From IMG/VR virus record IMGVR_UViG_3300023174_000042, positions 1 through 64,000 of that record: a stretch of 64,000 bases of DNA; one strand, written 5' to 3'. Made by a program: the position numbers and the translations under genes. Shown here piece after piece: positions 63,993 through 64,000 of this stretch; within the stretch, counting starts at the first letter, position 1, and the number at the start of each line of letters is the position of its first letter. The notes under the pieces are model-generated. The model saw only the letters and a program-made list of their open reading frames with translations. It was not told where the DNA came from and made no database searches.

Positions 63993-64000
63993 TCAAATTA

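Noticed and set aside
1-64000. Stop-codon reassignment (e.g. TAG recoding seen in some large phages)
   Set aside because: Long conserved genes are intact in code 11, and TAG (928, 20959, 35381, 36258) and TGA (13697) end genes at sensible boundaries.

Overview
AT-rich (by eye roughly 25-30% GC), gene-dense, mostly minus-strand segment of a large tailed dsDNA phage genome, read in standard code 11. A Bacteroidota host is inferred from TTTG-N19-TAnnTTTG promoters, a short RpoD-type sigma factor, a T9SS-type C-terminal sorting domain, Gln at +1 after signal peptides and an Hc1-like protein. Recognisable genes: SbcC/SbcD-like pair, primase, PD-(D/E)XK exonuclease, RNA ligase, AAA ATPase, DnaJ, glutamine synthetase II, glutaredoxin, NUDIX, RlpA, amidase endolysin, two orphan DNA methyltransferases and a deviant type III R-M-like res-mod pair. 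No tRNA, cas, RT, integrase or major capsid/terminase gene was recognised. Most unusual: (1) a 36-bp repeat / 30-bp unique spacer array with CRISPR-like geometry and polar decay that is read in frame inside a protein; (2) a tandem cassette array and wider family of late proteins sharing an N-terminal MKIIITExQ...(I/L)xE leader, resembling a capsid-targeting propeptide on variable cargo; (3) a recurring TATTTAT(A/T) motif, often 3-6 nt before ATG; (4) two related promoter-to-terminator non-coding RNA candidates; (5) the res-mod cassette bounded by a 35/40 direct repeat of a promoter; (6) an unannotated ArfA-like peptide. All family assignments are by motif recognition, not database search.
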